From NCBI GenBank assembly GCA_951406725.2, contig OX597823.1, forward strand, positions 38,688,001-38,752,000: a stretch of DNA of 64,000 bases, given 5' to 3'. The notes below the pieces were generated by a model. That model saw nothing but the letters and a program-made list of their open reading frames with translations. It ran no database searches and was not told where the DNA came from. The stretch's first letter is position 1. Each line of letters begins with the position of its first letter. A program made the translations under genes and the position numbers. The stretch is from Octopus vulgaris (taxonomy: Eukaryota). Shown piece by piece: positions 1-11,529 of this stretch.

Positions 1-270
1 ACACATGCATATATACAGCACAAGGAATATTGCTGAGACATTTCCATTAAAGCTTCTACCAAGTGCGAACATAACAGGCTGAATATTGTTGCTTGGCATA
101 GACAAGAAAAAGCATGTATTATTATAGAGGTTAGCTACCCAGCTGATGTGAACATCTCTTTGAAAATTAAAAAGAAAGAGGATAACTATGGATAACTGCT
201 TTGATACCCCAAGCTTCTATATCCAGATTATGAATTCACATTTATACCAATAATAATTAATGTACTTGTA
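1..270 (+). mobile_element. R4/Dong-like non-LTR retrotransposon fragment, restriction-like endonuclease (RLE) domain
   Basis: Frame from 61: KCEHNRLNIVAWHRQEKACIIIEVSYPADVNISLKIKKKEDNYG*LL*YPKLLYPDYEFTFIPIII. This is a decayed NRPD...IIEVSxP...KxxKY...IPIII RLE motif. Confidence 0.75.
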
Positions 271-946
271 AACAAAAACCACTGAAATTCAAGTGATATT
301 ACTTGTTTCCATTCTTCAGTGAAAACGTGTCTGGCCTTAGATAAATACTATCTGGTTTGGAACAGAAGAGGGTTGGTGACAAGAAGAGCATCTGGACATA
401 GAAAATCTGCCTAAGAATATTCCTCCTGTCCCATATAAGCATAGAAAAGTGGATATTAACTGATGATAGCTACATCATCATGGTAAACATTGTTTTTACA
501 TCTCTTTTTTCGATGCCACAATAAGGGTTTGGATGAAACTTTAAGGAAATATTCTATGCCAGATGTTCTTCCTGATGCTAACCCTTGTTAATTTTTTGAG
601 CAATATATTTCACTGGTCTTCACAGGCTGAACAGCTGAGCTAAGGGACATACTGAGACAAAGACATATGTCATTTCTGCCTCAGCAGTGTCAGTGTGAAG
701 ACATAAGGGGACAGACAAACACACAATAGGCATCCATACAGTTTCCATTAATAAAATTTTGAAACTTCATCAACAAGGTATTGGTTGAACCAATGCTATA
801 TTAGAAAACACTAGCACAAGGGTTGCACAGTGGGAATGAACCCAAAACCACATTGTTGCAAAGCAAACTTCTTATCCACCACAGAACCATCAATGCCTAT
901 ACATACATACAAACATACATACAAACACAAACATACATACATATAT

Positions 947-1140
947 AAACAATTGCAGCGTGGAAGGTGTTTATAAGACATTTAAGAAACACACAAAAAC
1001 TGTTAGATTCACTTCAACATTTAAATTTGTCAAAATATTTGCGTCGCTTTGAGACCATGACCTGTTCACTGACAAAATTCTGTGACGCAGCATGAAATTT
1101 CTTAAATGGCTTATAAAAACCTTCTACGCTGCAATTGTTT
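947..1140. repeat. 43-bp inverted repeat pair around a possible Penelope-like terminal fragment
   Basis: 947-989 is the reverse complement of 1098-1140 with 3 mismatches. Confidence 0.8.
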
Positions 1141-1194
1141 TCGTTCCAGCATACGATCTCAGATCAGGTCACTTGCTATGCAAGTACATCTCTG

Positions 1195-1242
<48 letters not shown>

Positions 1243-1249
1243 GTACATG

Positions 1250-1520
1250 CATGGATCAGATTTTGGCACTCTGTCAATTATGATGACGAGGGTTCCAGTT
1301 AACTCATCAACAGAACAGTATGCTCCTAAAATTAATGAGCAAGTGGCTAAGCATTCCACACACGTGTACCCTTAAAGTAGTTCTCAGGGAGATTCAACAT
1401 AACATAGAATGTGACAAGGCTGGCGTTTTGAATTACCAGCTGAGTTGACTGGAGCAATGTGAAATAAAGTGTCTAGCTGAAGGATATAGCAAGCCACTGG
1501 GAATTGAATTGACAACCATC
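1250..1520 (-). mobile_element. SINE, same family as 53255-53545
   Basis: The reverse complement shares ctttatttcac..tgctccagtcaactcagctgg and ccttgtcaca..ctccctgagaactac..aagggtacac with 53255-53545. Confidence 0.65.
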
Positions 1521-1631
1521 AGGCTATGTTCTTGAAATTCTTCATTTGTAGAGCCTATTCTTTATGATAAATATTCAAAGAATACAAACACACACACAGA
1601 ACCTACAACATCATAATCATCTCCATTGTAC

Positions 1632-1743
1632 CTGATAATCTTTTAAATATGTGAGATCAGTGGAATCCTGAAGAGGAATTGAGGTGGTGTTTACGGTGAC
1701 GTACGGGTTTAATTCAGCAATTCTCTTACAACAGGCCTCAGCT
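1632..1743 (-). CDS. UBA6: Coding exon (112 bp) of ubiquitin-like modifier-activating enzyme 6 (E1, N-terminal inactive adenylation domain)
   Basis: Minus strand reads tttatattttcag|A GCT GAG GCC ... GAT TAT CAG|gtacaa. Translation (R)AEACCKRIAELNPYVTVNTTSIPLQDSTDLTYLKDYQ matches the UBA6 motif RAEAVLKHIAELNPYVHVTSSSVPFNETTDLSFLDKYQ as I recall it. Canonical AG/GT sites; phase matches the upstream exon. Confidence 0.93.
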
Positions 1744-2164
1744 CTGAAAATATAAATATCAATAATCACATTAGAAATTATGAAGAAAGAAAAGGAAAAA
1801 ATGCTGTTTTAATATCAGTTGTAAAAGGGTTAAACCTAGGGGAGACAATCTGTTACCGTCAGAGTTATTTTCCTTGAAATAGTCCATTTTTAAGAAAATA
1901 TCAAGATAATTTTGTTTCTCTTCTCTTACAGTAATAATGTACTTTTTATTTGTCCCTTTAGCTATAAACACAAAACATTGTGTCTATATATCAACAATGA
2001 ATACTGTTTTACTACTTGGTATTCTTTTAGCTCAAGATAAAAAGCAAAAAGTGCAAAACCATGATAAGCAATCAAAATATATATTTAGAAAAATATTGAA
2101 AAAATAAATTTTGCAGGGAAAAAATGTTTTTTTCTCAGAATCATAGTCCCAGTATATCTCACAT

Positions 2165-2183
2165 AATAATAATAATGATGATG

Positions 2184-2233
<50 letters not shown>

Positions 2234-2605
2234 TCTTTCTACTATAGGCACAAGGTCTGGAATTTGAGGAGACGGAGATATTCGATTACATCGACCCCAG
2301 TACTTGAATGGTTCTTAATTTATCGACCTCAAAAGGATGAAAGGCAAAGTTGACCTTGGCGGAATTTGAACCCAGAAAAATAAAACAAAAGAAGAAGAAT
2401 TATTTTTGATATTAGCACAAAGCATGACATTTGTGGGAATGTCTAGTTGATTACATTGAGCCCGGTATTTGACTGGTACTTAATTTTATCGAGCCTGTAA
2501 AGATGAAAGACAAAGTTGACCTTAGCAGGATTTGAACTCAGAATGTAAACAGCCAGAAGAAATGCTGCTAAGCATTTTGTCAAGTGTGTTAACTGTTCTA
2601 GCTCT
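2165..2605 (-). mobile_element. (AAT)n tract plus two tRNA/Nin-domain-type SINE copies
   Basis: Minus strand contains a B-box-like gggttcaaattcc and gcctttcatccttt..ggtcgataaattaag.acca (Nin/Deu-like core). Confidence 0.8.
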
Positions 2606-3134
2606 CGTGGTTTAACTGATTGGAAGTGTTATCATGTACCTGTTTTGCCTTCGTATAAAAGATGGGCTACAGCAAATATTCAGCCTAATACCACAGATTT
2701 GTTTGTCAGTTGCTTGACCATAGCTAGTTGAGCATGTCCCTTAGTGGCTGATGATATGTTCATCTCTGATCACGAGCAGAAGTAGTGGGGGAGCATCATA
2801 GCCATGTGTTGAGAGGAATTATTTGGGGTTTGAATAATTTACCCCAGGAAACATTGGCGATTTGTTCAACACCCTTAAACAACCCTTATTCAGGGACCTT
2901 TTGAGTGGGATGGGCTACTCGACCTGAAGAAATTTCTAACTGGGCTCCACCTGCAAGGTCATGTGCTGCTTAACTTGATATGAGATTACAATGCCATGCA
3001 TATATGGTTGTGGTGCATGTGCCTGGTGAACACATCATATGAGTAGTCATAATAGGTATATTGAGCTTCGTATATTGGTATCCCATTGTCACTTTGATAG
3101 CATGCATTGCTCAGTCACTCAATAATGATAATAA

Positions 3135-3525
3135 TCCTTTCTATGATAGGCACAAGGCCTGGAATTTGCAGCGAGGAGACTAGTTGATCACATTGACCCC
3201 AGTCAAGATTGGTGCTTAATTTATTCACCCTGAAAGGATGAAAGGCAAAATCGACCTTGGCAGAATTTGAACTCAAAACATGGTGACAGGCGAAAGACCG
3301 CTAAGCATTTCATCCAGCGTGCTAACGATTCTGCCAGCTCACTGCCTGAATAATAATAATAACGATCCATTCTACTAAAGGCATAGGCCTGAAATTTGTG
3401 GGGAGGGAACTAGTTGATCAATCCAGTGTTTCACTGGTACTTAATTTACCAACCCTTAAAGGATAAAAGGCAAAGTTGACCTCGGTGAAATTTGGACTCA
3501 GAATGTAAAGATGGAAGAAATGCCA
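3135..3525 (-). mobile_element. Two tandem Nin-type SINE copies separated by AAT repeats
   Basis: Same body as 47763-47977. Confidence 0.8.
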
Positions 3526-3529
3526 CAAT

Positions 3530-3960
3530 CATTATCATCATCGTCATTTAGTTTCCATTTTCCATGCTAGCAAGGTAAGATGGTTTGATTGGGACTGGTA
3601 AGCCAGAGAGCTACACCAGGCTCCAGTCTGTTTTGCCATGGATTTTACAGCTTGATGCTCTTCATAAAACCAACCATTCCACAGAGTATACTAGGTGCCT
3701 TTTACATGTCACCAGTATGGGTGCCTTTTATGTATCACTGGCATGGGTGCCTTTTATGTATCACTGGCATGGGTGCCTTTTATTTGTTACCAGTACCGGC
3801 CATGACTATGATTTTTCTTAGCTTGACATGTTTTCTTAAGCACAACAAATCACCAATGGTCTCAGTCATTTGTCATCACCTCTGTGAGACTAAACATCTG
3901 AAAATCATTTCATTCAAGATCATAGTTCACCACCTCATCCCATGTCTTCTTGGGTCTATC
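3530..3960 (-). mobile_element. RTE LINE 3-prime fragment
   Basis: (CAT)n tail followed by the reverse complement of the RTE 3-prime UTR seen at 34400-34600; contains a 26-bp internal tandem duplication. Confidence 0.75.
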
Positions 3961-4727
3961 ACTTCCATATTACCAAACAAATTCAATATTTCCACTTTTA
4001 ATTTGTATTCACAAACCAAAAGAATGGCTCCAGCTGTTTATCCATTTTAATGTTTCTACCTTCGGTCATATGATGATCACCACTAGCTGACAAGTGTATC
4101 AACATCCTCACCAATCTAGTCACTGTGTTGCTGTCTGATCTCAGGTCAACCTTAACTGATCAGACATGTGATCAAAGGCATTCCATCCGGGACCATCCCT
4201 TTCACCGTATAAGGAGTACCTGGGAAAATATTATTCATTGTATATTTTCCTTCTTTAAAGCTGGTAGGATGTGATATGAGAGAGATTTGGTTGCTATTTT
4301 TGCAGAAGTGACTGTATACATGCTCCCTCTTCAGTTCATGTTGTTTTGTGGGTTCTCCTCAAAGGTTCCTACATTATAGTTCAAATTTACAGAAAACAAA
4401 AGATAAAGACAGGTGAGGAAATAACAAGCAGGTGTATTAATTTAATGCCCAGGAAGAATGGAAAAGTCTTTGATATTTCGAGCCTATGCTCTTCAACATA
4501 AAAGGATTGAGAAGAAAAAAATGGAGAGAGAAAAAAATGTGTAGGGATCACATTATACTTTTTCCTTAAAGTTGGCTAGAACTTTCCAATAACAAAATAA
4601 ACCTTTTACCAGTAAAAGGGCTTTTGATCCTGCCCAAAACGAATTTCTTTTATTTGTTGTGAACAACTAATAGATAAGAACTGTTAGACTATCAAGAAGA
4701 ATACTTTGTAACATTTCTTCCAACTTT

Positions 4728-4940
4728 AAGGCAGCAAGCTGGCAGAATCACTAGCATGCTGGGCAAAATGCTCAACAATATTTCATCCATTTTAACATTC
4801 TGAGCTCAAATTCCACTGAAGTTGACTTTGCCTTTTATCCTTTTGGGGTAAATAAGATAAAGTTGAGATCTGGGGTCAATGTAATCAAGCTGCCCACTTC
4901 CCTGAAATTGCTGGCTTTGTACCAAAATTTAAAACCAATA
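4728..4940 (+). mobile_element. Nin-type SINE with target-site duplication
   Basis: aaggcagcaagctggcagaatc...aaaatttaaaaccaat, flanked by atttcttccaact on both sides. Confidence 0.8.
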
Positions 4941-5917
4941 TTTCTTCCAACTCATTACACTCTGAAGTCAAAATCTGTGAAGATCAACTTTGTATCAGCA
5001 TAGGCATGGCAGTGCAGTTAAGAAACTCGCTGTGCAACCACTTGGTTTCAGGTGCAGTCGCATTACAACTGGTGTTGGTTTGTTTACATCCCTGTAACTT
5101 AGCAGTTCAACAAAAGAATAAGTGCCAAACTTAAAAATAAGTACTGGAGTGGATTTGTTCAATGAAACCTGTCAAGGCTGTGCCCCAGCATGGCCACAGT
5201 CCTATGACTGAAACAAGTAAAAGGAAAAAAGACATCTGAAACATTTTGTTTTTCTTTAATGGAGTTTCTTATGTCATTTGTATTTCTTAAAACCATTTAC
5301 AGTAATGGAATGGCAAAACCATTAGAGCACCAGACAAAATGCATTGCAGTATTTGTTCTACCTCTTTAAGTTCTTTAAATTAGAAAAATTTTCACCCTAT
5401 TGAGCCAAGTACTAGGATTTTGTATAATTGACAGACCTGCACCCACTCCAAATTTGTGGCCTTGCACTATGTTAGAAATGTTTATCAAAGTGTCACATTC
5501 AAGAGTTCTCTTCATTTTCCATCCACCCCTCTTTGTAATGAAGCCACTTCTATTGTTCTAAAGGGTTGTCAGTTGTAATAATCCAAACATGTCAAATTGT
5601 ACAAACAGAAACTGTGGTTACTTCCTGTTATAAACAATACATTCCTCAAACACAGCCATAATGACAACACTTGTCTTTAAAGATATTCAACTATATACCA
5701 AAACCATTACAACCATTATAAGAAAATGAGTGGTTATTGCTTTCTTCTTTCCATTCTCTTTCATATACAATGATATGTGTTGAATTCATGCAAGAACTTT
5801 TCATCAAAGATTAATGTATATTTAACTGTCTCTGAGAGATGCTTTGAATAGTAAGATAAAGAATGTTAGAGTAATTAAGAAATCAAACTAGCCTAAGCTT
5901 TGAACACTGCACTGTTT

Positions 5918-6757
5918 CATCATCATCATAATCATCATCATTTAATATCCATTGTCCACGCTGCCATGGGTTGGACCAGGGCTGGCAAGATGGAAGGGTG
6001 TACCAGTCTCCCATCTGATTTGGCATGGTTTCTATGGCTGAATGCCCTTCCTAACACCAACCACTCTGAAAGTGTAATGGGTGTTTTTATGTGCCACTGG
6101 CAGAGGTACCATTTGCATGACACCGATACCTGCCATGACTGCGGCTTTGCTCAGCTTGATGGGTCTTCTTCTCAAGCATGACATAATGTCAAAACTCTCA
6201 GTTTTGAGGCCCAACACTCAAAAGGTACTCAGCCACTTTGCTTCCGTGAAGCCCAATGCCCAACGCTCACAAGGAACTTAGCCACTTTGCTCCCATGAGG
6301 CCCAACACTTGAAAGGTTCTCTTTATGCACAACCAGAATGGGTGCCAGTTACATGACACCAGCATCAGTCACGACTACAATTTCACTTGACTTGACGGGT
6401 CTTCTTTAGCATAGCATATCGCCAAAGGTCTCAGTCACTGGTCATTGCCTCTGTGTGGCTCAAAGTTCACAGATCATGCTTCACCAACTTGTCCCATGTC
6501 TTCCTGGGTCCACCTCTACCACAGGTTCCCTCCACAGTTAGAGGTTGACACTTTTTACACAACTGTCAACATCCATATGCATCACATGACCATACCAACA
6601 CAATCGTCTCTCTTGTACACCATATCTGATGCCTCTTTTGCCTAACTTTTCTCTCAAGATGCTTACACTCTGTCGAACATGCACACTTACATAGTACATC
6701 CAGTGAAGTATACTGGCTTCATTTCTTTCAAGCTTACGTATGTCCTCGGCTGTCACA
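5918..6757 (-). mobile_element. RTE LINE 3-prime fragment (ORF C-terminus and UTR)
   Basis: ORF 6538-6756 (MTAEDIRKLERNEASILHWM...QERRLCWYGHVMHM) is the RTE C-terminal RLxWxGHV motif; (CAT)n tail at ~5918-5941. Confidence 0.9.
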
Positions 6758-6842
6758 TTAATGAGTATCTCATCAGTTACATAATGCTTACACTACCTCC
6801 AGTGGTAAGCTGCACCAAATCAGATTATTTATCTCTGACAGT

Positions 6843-7600
6843 TTAACTCCTTCCCTGGTGACTTTTTTTTAAGAAAACATTTCATTTTCAGACGAATTTT
6901 TTTATTGCTTTTTTAAATTAGTATTTTTAATGCGGATTATGGAAATAACTTTTTTTTTTATCTATTCCCAATATTTTATTTGAAATTTTATTTTGAAGAT
7001 ACCATTTGCAGCAAAAATGAGATAATTCTTCTTCCCATATTTTAAAATATTTTATTTATTGTTTTTTTTCCTAACTTTATCATCAAAAGTAAAAAGGAAT
7101 TACATATTTAATTTGCTCCTTTTTTAGCATGTCTTCTCAAAAATCTTTTTTTATATATATATATTTACTTTTTTTCAATTTTCATAACTAAAAGTAAATG
7201 TAAATAAAATACTGTACTTATTTTATCTTTTATTTTACCTCCCCTTCTCATACATCTTACTTTCTATGGCATTTTACGAATGACTATTTGGTATGGTATT
7301 TTTCAAAGCATGGTACTACATATAAAGGTACATTACAGAGTTTACACATATCTTGTGACTCCTTCCTCACTGGTTTCCTTCTATGGTCATGTTTCAGACA
7401 ACACACAGCACATTTTCTTGCTGGATTTGTCTTCTTTTCTGTTGCTGGGACTTCCATTGGAAAATGTCCTGGTGTAAAATGTGAACATCTTGGTGAAGTC
7501 AAAGGTCTCCTCATAAATCTGTTCCATATTTGTGATACCTCATATAATCTGCATATGAAATTTCAGGTGTGTGAGAGCTTTTTTCCTGTCCAGACTTGTT
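6843..7600 (-). mobile_element. piggyBac transposon 3-prime fragment
   Basis: ORF 7284-7514 (HFPMEVPATEKKTNPARKCAVC...RKESQDMCKLCNVPLYVVPCFEKYHTK) is the piggyBac cysteine-rich C-terminal domain. Putative end ttaa-ctccttccctgg at 6843. Confidence 0.85.
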
Positions 7601-7991
7601 TCTTCATGTTAGCCACCACAACCTTGTTTAGGCTTAGCAGCCCTTCCTGTTTGTTTTCACTGTCCTGTCTTTGTTACCAATCTTGACCCTCCGCAAGATC
7701 ACAAATTTTATTTAATTTGCTTTGTGGGAGCAACTGTTTTATCGAAGGCATATCATGTTGTAAATTGCTCGAAATAGAGATTAGAAAAACAGCCGACAAT
7801 TGAAGAAGGGTCGTTCCTTGTGTTGCTTGTCTTGTTTTCCAATTTTTTCTTTCGTTGTTTGCTAAAAAAGCCCTTATTCCATGTCCTCGTACTTCGTATT
7901 TTTTGCTGTTTATGTTTTGTAATGTCCTGTGCTCACATATGCATATGAATATACGTACACATGTAAGTATGTATGTATACATATGTATATT

Positions 7992-8731
7992 CATCATCAT
8001 CATCATCGTTTAACGTCTGCTTTCCATGCTAGCATGGGTTGGACGGTTCAACTGGGGTCTGGGAAACCAAAACGCTGCACCAGGTCCAGTCTGATCTGGC
8101 AGTGTTTCTACAGTTGGATGCCCTTCCTAACGCCAACCACTCCGTGAGTGTAGAGGGTGCTTTTTATGTGCAAACGGCCACGATCGGATAGTGCTTTTTA
8201 CGTGCCACTGGCACAGAGACCAGACGAAGCTGGCAACGGCCACGATCGGATGGTGCTTTTTACGTGCCACCAGCATGGAGGTCGGTCAGGGTGGTGCTGG
8301 CTACGGTCATGTTCGGATGGTTCTCTTACGTGCCACCGGCACTGGTATCACAGCTACAAATTCCATTGATGTTGATCAATTACGATTTTGATTTTCACTT
8401 GCTTCAACAGGTCTTCACAAGTAGAGTTTTGTGTCCCAAGAAGGAAAGGTATGCATAAGTAGGCTGGCTACATCCCAGGTAGAGGCCACGGGATTATGGC
8501 CTCACTTGTTCTGCCGGGTCTTCTCACACACAGCATACTTCCAAAGGTCTCGGTCTCTAGTCATTTCCTCGGTGAGACCTAAAGTTCGAAGGTCGTGCTT
8601 CACCACCTTGTCCCAGGTTTTGATGGGTCTACCTCTTCCACAGGTTCCCTCAACCGCTAGGGTGTGGCAATTTTTCACACAACTATCTTCATCCATTCTT
8701 GCCACATGACCATACCAGCGCAAACGTCTCT
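7992..8731 (-). mobile_element. RTE LINE 3-prime fragment, copy A
   Basis: ORF 8502-8723 (RWYGHVARMDEDSCVK...GRGRPIKTW); CpG-rich UTR with internal repeats; (CAT)n tail. Confidence 0.92.
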
Positions 8732-8762
8732 ATATATACATACACATATGTATGTATGTATA

Positions 8763-9476
8763 TCATCAACATCATCATCGTTTAACGTCCGCTTTCCATG
8801 TTAGCATGGGTTGGACGGTTCAGCTGGGGTCTGAGAAGCCCAAAGGCTGCACCAGGCCAGTCAGATCTGGCAGTCTTTCTACAGCTGGATGCCCTTTAAC
8901 ACCAACCACTCCGTGAGTGTAGTGGGTGCTTTTTTTGTGCCACCGACACAGGTGCCAGACGAGGCTGGCGAACGGCCACGCTCGGATGGTGTTTTTTTAT
9001 GTGCCACGGACACAGGTGCCAAATGAGGCTAGCAAACGGCGATGCTCGGATGGTGTTTTTTACGTGCCACCAGAACTGGTACCACAAAGATTCAAATTCC
9101 ATTGATGTTCATCGATTTTGATCTGATTTGATTTGATTTTCACTTGCCTCAACAGGTCTTCACAAGTAGAGTTATGTGTCCCAAGAAGGAAGGTATGCAC
9201 AGGTGGACTGACTACGTCCCAGGTAGGGGCCATGGGTTATGGCCTCATGTGTCCTGCCGGGTCTTCTCGCGCACAGCATACTTCCAAAGGTCTCGGTCTC
9301 TGGTCATTTCCTCGATGAGACCTAAAGCGCGATGGTCGTTCTTCACCACCTCGTCCCAGGTTTTCCTGGGTCTACCTCTTCCACAGGTTCTCTCAACCGC
9401 TAGGGTGTGGCACTTTTTCACACAACTATCTTCATCTATTCTTACTACATGTCCATACCAGCGTAGACGCCTCTCT
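8763..9476 (-). mobile_element. RTE LINE 3-prime fragment, copy B, in tandem with copy A
   Basis: ORF 9245-9532 (ERRLRWYGHVVRIDEDSCVKK...GRGRPRKTW). Confidence 0.92.
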
Positions 9477-10709
9477 ATATATACACACACACATGTATAT
9501 GTATATATATATACACATATGCATGTGTACATATAAAGGACAGCCAGCTGTCTCTCACTAATGAATATGGATTTGGTAGCTGATATTATGCTTTCACTAA
9601 CTGTTTTATTTGCCTGTGTAGTCAGGAGCAGACACAGTCAGATACTCAGCCTTCTCACTCATGACCTAGCAGTACCATCAGGATGTGACGGGTGGGGGGT
9701 GGGTGAGACAGACAAACAACTGTGCTAGTACTCAGTTGATACTCATTTTAAGCTGAGTAGACTGGAGCAAACAAATGTGTGTGTGTGTTTATGTATGACC
9801 TCAGAATGAATCTGAATGATTACATGTACTAGTTTGTACTTTAATTTGTCGTCACTATGCATCATCAAACAGTGCAATGTCAGTCTTTGAATTAAGAAGT
9901 CAAGTGCTCTTCTACAGCCAACATGTCAGTGTATGGGTCAGATGTAATAGTGACATGATTCATCAATACACAATGGTGAAACATTCTCTTGCCTAACACA
10001 CATGTCAAAACATTTGATTCATAAATAAAACGCCTGGCTACTTTATAACCTTTCACCAAGTTTACCAAAAGAATCAAAGGTTGAAACACAGATTTGACTT
10101 GTGTTATTGGCACTTTGTAAACATCTCTGCAATGACTGTTGCACACTTCTTCAACAATGACTACATGCAACACGGCAGAGTGTTTTTTACTTATGTGCAA
10201 GCTAAACAGGAAGTGTGTGTGTGTATGTACTTTTGTCTGCGTATGTACGTGTGTGTGCATGTCTGTATGCATGTATGGGGGGATGGGGCGATGTATTTTT
10301 CATTATCCTCACTCCATTTCCTTCTTTTAAGCAACAATGTCCAATGATATACTATTGATGACACCTAACGACAGTAAAACAAAGTGAAACTGATACAAGA
10401 TACTTAGACAATTTAGAGTTAACCACTTAGATGGTTCAGCCACTGTGTTCATAAATTCCTGTTGTTGTTTGTGTTGGTGCTTTAGGCCTAAGCCATGTAG
10501 CAGACTTGTGATCAAAAGTAATTCAGCCATGAACATCCTATATGTATATGTATGTGTGTGTATGTATGTGTGTGTGTGTGTAGGTATATACACACACACA
10601 TATAAATATATACATATATATATTATCCAATGTCTCCTGGCAGAGTTGTTAGAGCAGGGAATATAATGACTTGTATTTGTTTTGACTCTGCACATTGAGT
10701 TCAAATCAC

Positions 10710-11519
10710 TGCTGTAATCGTTTTGCTTGGATCCAAAAAGCTGTGATGGATGATGCCGGTCGCAGACCACCAAACAGTCACCATGACCTTCTTTTGGTGC
10801 AACTTTGGCTTCGGGAAGTGCTGTGGAGCTTCATCGGCATCCAACCACTGAGCTGAGTGTCGCCGGTTGTCATAAAGAATCCACTTTTCATCGCAAGTCA
10901 CAATCCAGTCGAGAAACGGGTCATTCTTGTTGTGTAAAAGAAGAGAAAACGACACTTCAAAACGGCGTTCTTTTGGTTGATGTTCAATTCATGTGGCACC
11001 CATTTCTCAAGTATTTTTGTTTTTCCTATCTCTTTCAAGTGGTTGGAAATTGCTGTATACGTTATGACTAATTCAGATGTAAGCTCTCAAACAGTTGTGC
11101 GTGGATTGACTTCCACTAAGGCTCTTAGTTGATCGTTGTCACATCCGATGGCCGACCACTATGCTTATCATCTTTAAGACCCTCGTCACCGCTACAAAAT
11201 TTCTTGTGCTGTACATTCATTAGTGGTTCCTGGGCCAAATGTATCATTGATATCACGAGCTGTTTCAGCAGCTTTTCGGCCTAGCTTAAGCTGGAATAAA
11301 AAAATTGTGCGTATTTGCTTTTTGTCCATTTTGTATTCAACATTCCAGAAAAAATGGCCTAATTATTCAAAAAGAAAAAAGAGTAACATGATTAGATAGA
11401 ACGAAAAACAGGCTTTAAAATTATATACAAAGTCAAAGTAATTTAACGAAAATTCATTTGAAAATACATAATTTAAAACCAAAATTTAAAATTCTGCAAG
11501 AACTTTCTTGACAACCTAA
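10710..11519 (-). mobile_element. mariner transposon, 3-prime truncated
   Basis: End TA-ttaggttgtcaagaaagttcttgcag at ~11494-11521. ATG at 11329 begins MDKKQIRTIFLFQLKLGRKAAETARDI. ORF 10701-10955 contains [13 protein letters not shown]...KKVMVTVWW. Confidence 0.92.
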
Positions 11520-11529
11520 TACTTTACCA

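Noticed and set aside
2605-3122. snoRNA suggested by tgatga...ctga at ~2749-2768
   Set aside because: The boxes are too close together, there is no terminal stem, and the segment looks like an unclassified interspersed repeat.
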